Shown here one piece after another: positions 63,088 through 64,000 of a stretch of DNA of 64,000 bases. Numbering within the stretch: position 1 is the stretch's first letter; every line of letters starts with the position of its first letter. The DNA is from Longimicrobiales bacterium (GTDB lineage: Bacteria; Gemmatimonadota; Gemmatimonadetes; Longimicrobiales; RSA9). The DNA lies in contig DASVCS010000059.1 in NCBI GenBank assembly GCA_036381495.1, positions 2,352-66,351 on the forward strand, written 5' to 3'. A program made the position numbers and the translations under genes. The notes under the pieces are model-generated. The model was given only the letters and a program-made list of their open reading frames with translations. It was not told the DNA's origin and searched no databases.

Positions 63088-64000
63088 ATGGCTGAGCGAG
63101 TCAAGCTTCCCGTGCTTCCGCTGCGGGACACGGTGGTGTTCCCCGGCGTTGCAGTCCCGATCAGTGCGGGGCGAGCGGGCACGGTCGAGGCAATCCAGAG
63201 CGCGTTGGACGGGGACCGCCGGATGCTGGCGGTCTGCCAGCGCGAGAACGTGGAGCGGCCGGAGCCGGAGCTGCTGTACCAGACGGGCGTGATCGTCCGG
63301 TTGGTGCAGGTACAGCGGACGCGTGGCGGACTCCAGCTCCTGATCCAGGGGGAGGAACGCGCACTGGTCCTGACGTACGGGAAGGCGGGCAAGGCGATGT
63401 TGGAGGCGTCGGTCCGTGTCGTCGAGGACGTCCAGCCGACCGCGTCGGATCTCTCGTCGTTCATGGCGCTGGATCGTGAGTTGCGGTCGCGGGCGGTCGA
63501 GCTGGGGCGCCGCCGGGGGATTCCGGCGGAGGCGCTGGACCAGCTCGTCGAGGGGGTGAGCGAGCCGGGCGCCTTTGCGGACCTCGTCGCCTTCTACCTG
63601 GATATCCCGGCTCGAGAGAAGCAGGAGTTGCTCGAGCTCTACGATGTCGAGGAGCGGCTCCGCAAGGTGTTGGTCGCGGTCGAACGCGACCTGCTCCGGA
63701 TCGAGGCGCAGCAGGACATCCAGCAGAAGGTGCAGGAGGAGCTGGGCGACAAGCAGCGCGAGATGGTGCTGCGCGAGCAGCTCAAGGCGATCCAGAAGGA
63801 GCTGGGTGAGGAGGACGAGGCGGGGGACCTCGAAGAGCTGAGGGAGCGGGTCGCCGCGCTCGAACTCGGGGACGAGGCGCGCAAGGAAGTCGAGCGCGAG
63901 TTGCACCGTCTCCAGCGCACGCACCCGCAATCGGCGGAGTACCAGGTCATCCGCACGTATCTCGAGTGGGTGCTCGACCTGCCGTGGAGCACGCGCACCG
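63088..64000 (+). CDS. lon: ATP-dependent Lon protease, N-terminal part (runs off the window)
   Basis: My own translation from ATG 63088 gives MAERVKLPVLPLRDTVVFPGVAVPISAGRAGTVEAIQ... and later REQLKAIQKELGEEDE, hallmarks of the Lon N-domain and coiled-coil. Absent from the ORF track because no stop occurs in the window. Confidence 0.85.
   Translation, partial: MAERVKLPVLPLRDTVVFPGVAVPISAGRAGTVEAIQSALDGDRRMLAVCQRENVERPEPELLYQTGVIVRLVQVQRTRGGLQLLIQGEERALVLTYGKAGKAMLEASVRVVEDVQPTASDLSSFMALDRELRSRAVELGRRRGIPAEALDQLVEGVSEPGAFADLVAFYLDIPAREKQELLELYDVEERLRKVLVAVERDLLRIEAQQDIQQKVQEELGDKQREMVLREQLKAIQKELGEEDEAGDLEELRERVAALELGDEARKEVERELHRLQRTHPQSAEYQVIRTYLEWVLDLPWSTRT

Overview
Very GC-rich bacterial chromosomal DNA, encoded almost entirely on the minus strand. 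The gene content (15 tandem ADOP-type permeases) suggests Gemmatimonadota or Acidobacteriota, but that is inference only. Left flank (1-7.4 kb): a membrane protein, then an EEP-family enzyme, a SAM methyltransferase and a MarR regulator that look like one operon with a readable promoter and operator. These are followed by a DUF2059-like secreted protein and an NtrB/NtrC-like sigma-54 two-component pair. Core (7.5-54.5 kb): a co-directional array of 15 intact ~800-aa double-FtsX ADOP/MacB-like permease paralogs plus two gene relics. The only two ABC ATPase genes sit at the two ends of the array, and a MacA/HlyD adaptor and a TolC-family channel head it. One plus-strand coiled-coil repeat protein interrupts the array. 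Right flank: a CsgG-like lipoprotein, an M1 metallopeptidase, a PhzF-family isomerase, a GAF-GAF histidine kinase, a PLP decarboxylase with a C-terminal extension, and the 5' part of lon. The most unusual signal is non-coding. A nearly invariant 32-nt AT-rich motif (GCGGACCWGGTTTTACTTTTTCGATTCGTCCC) occurs 11 times, only in spacers of the permease array. Ten copies form five inverted pairs bracketing homologous but far more diverged 326-690 bp intergenic modules. The outer motif end abuts permease stop codons and is locally reiterated. Also described: a second ~98-nt CTAG-bounded repeat (2 copies), candidate sigma-70 and sigma-54 promoters, and gene relics. All calls were made by eye from the sequence and ORF track; no searches or computations were run, and similarity statements are qualitative.
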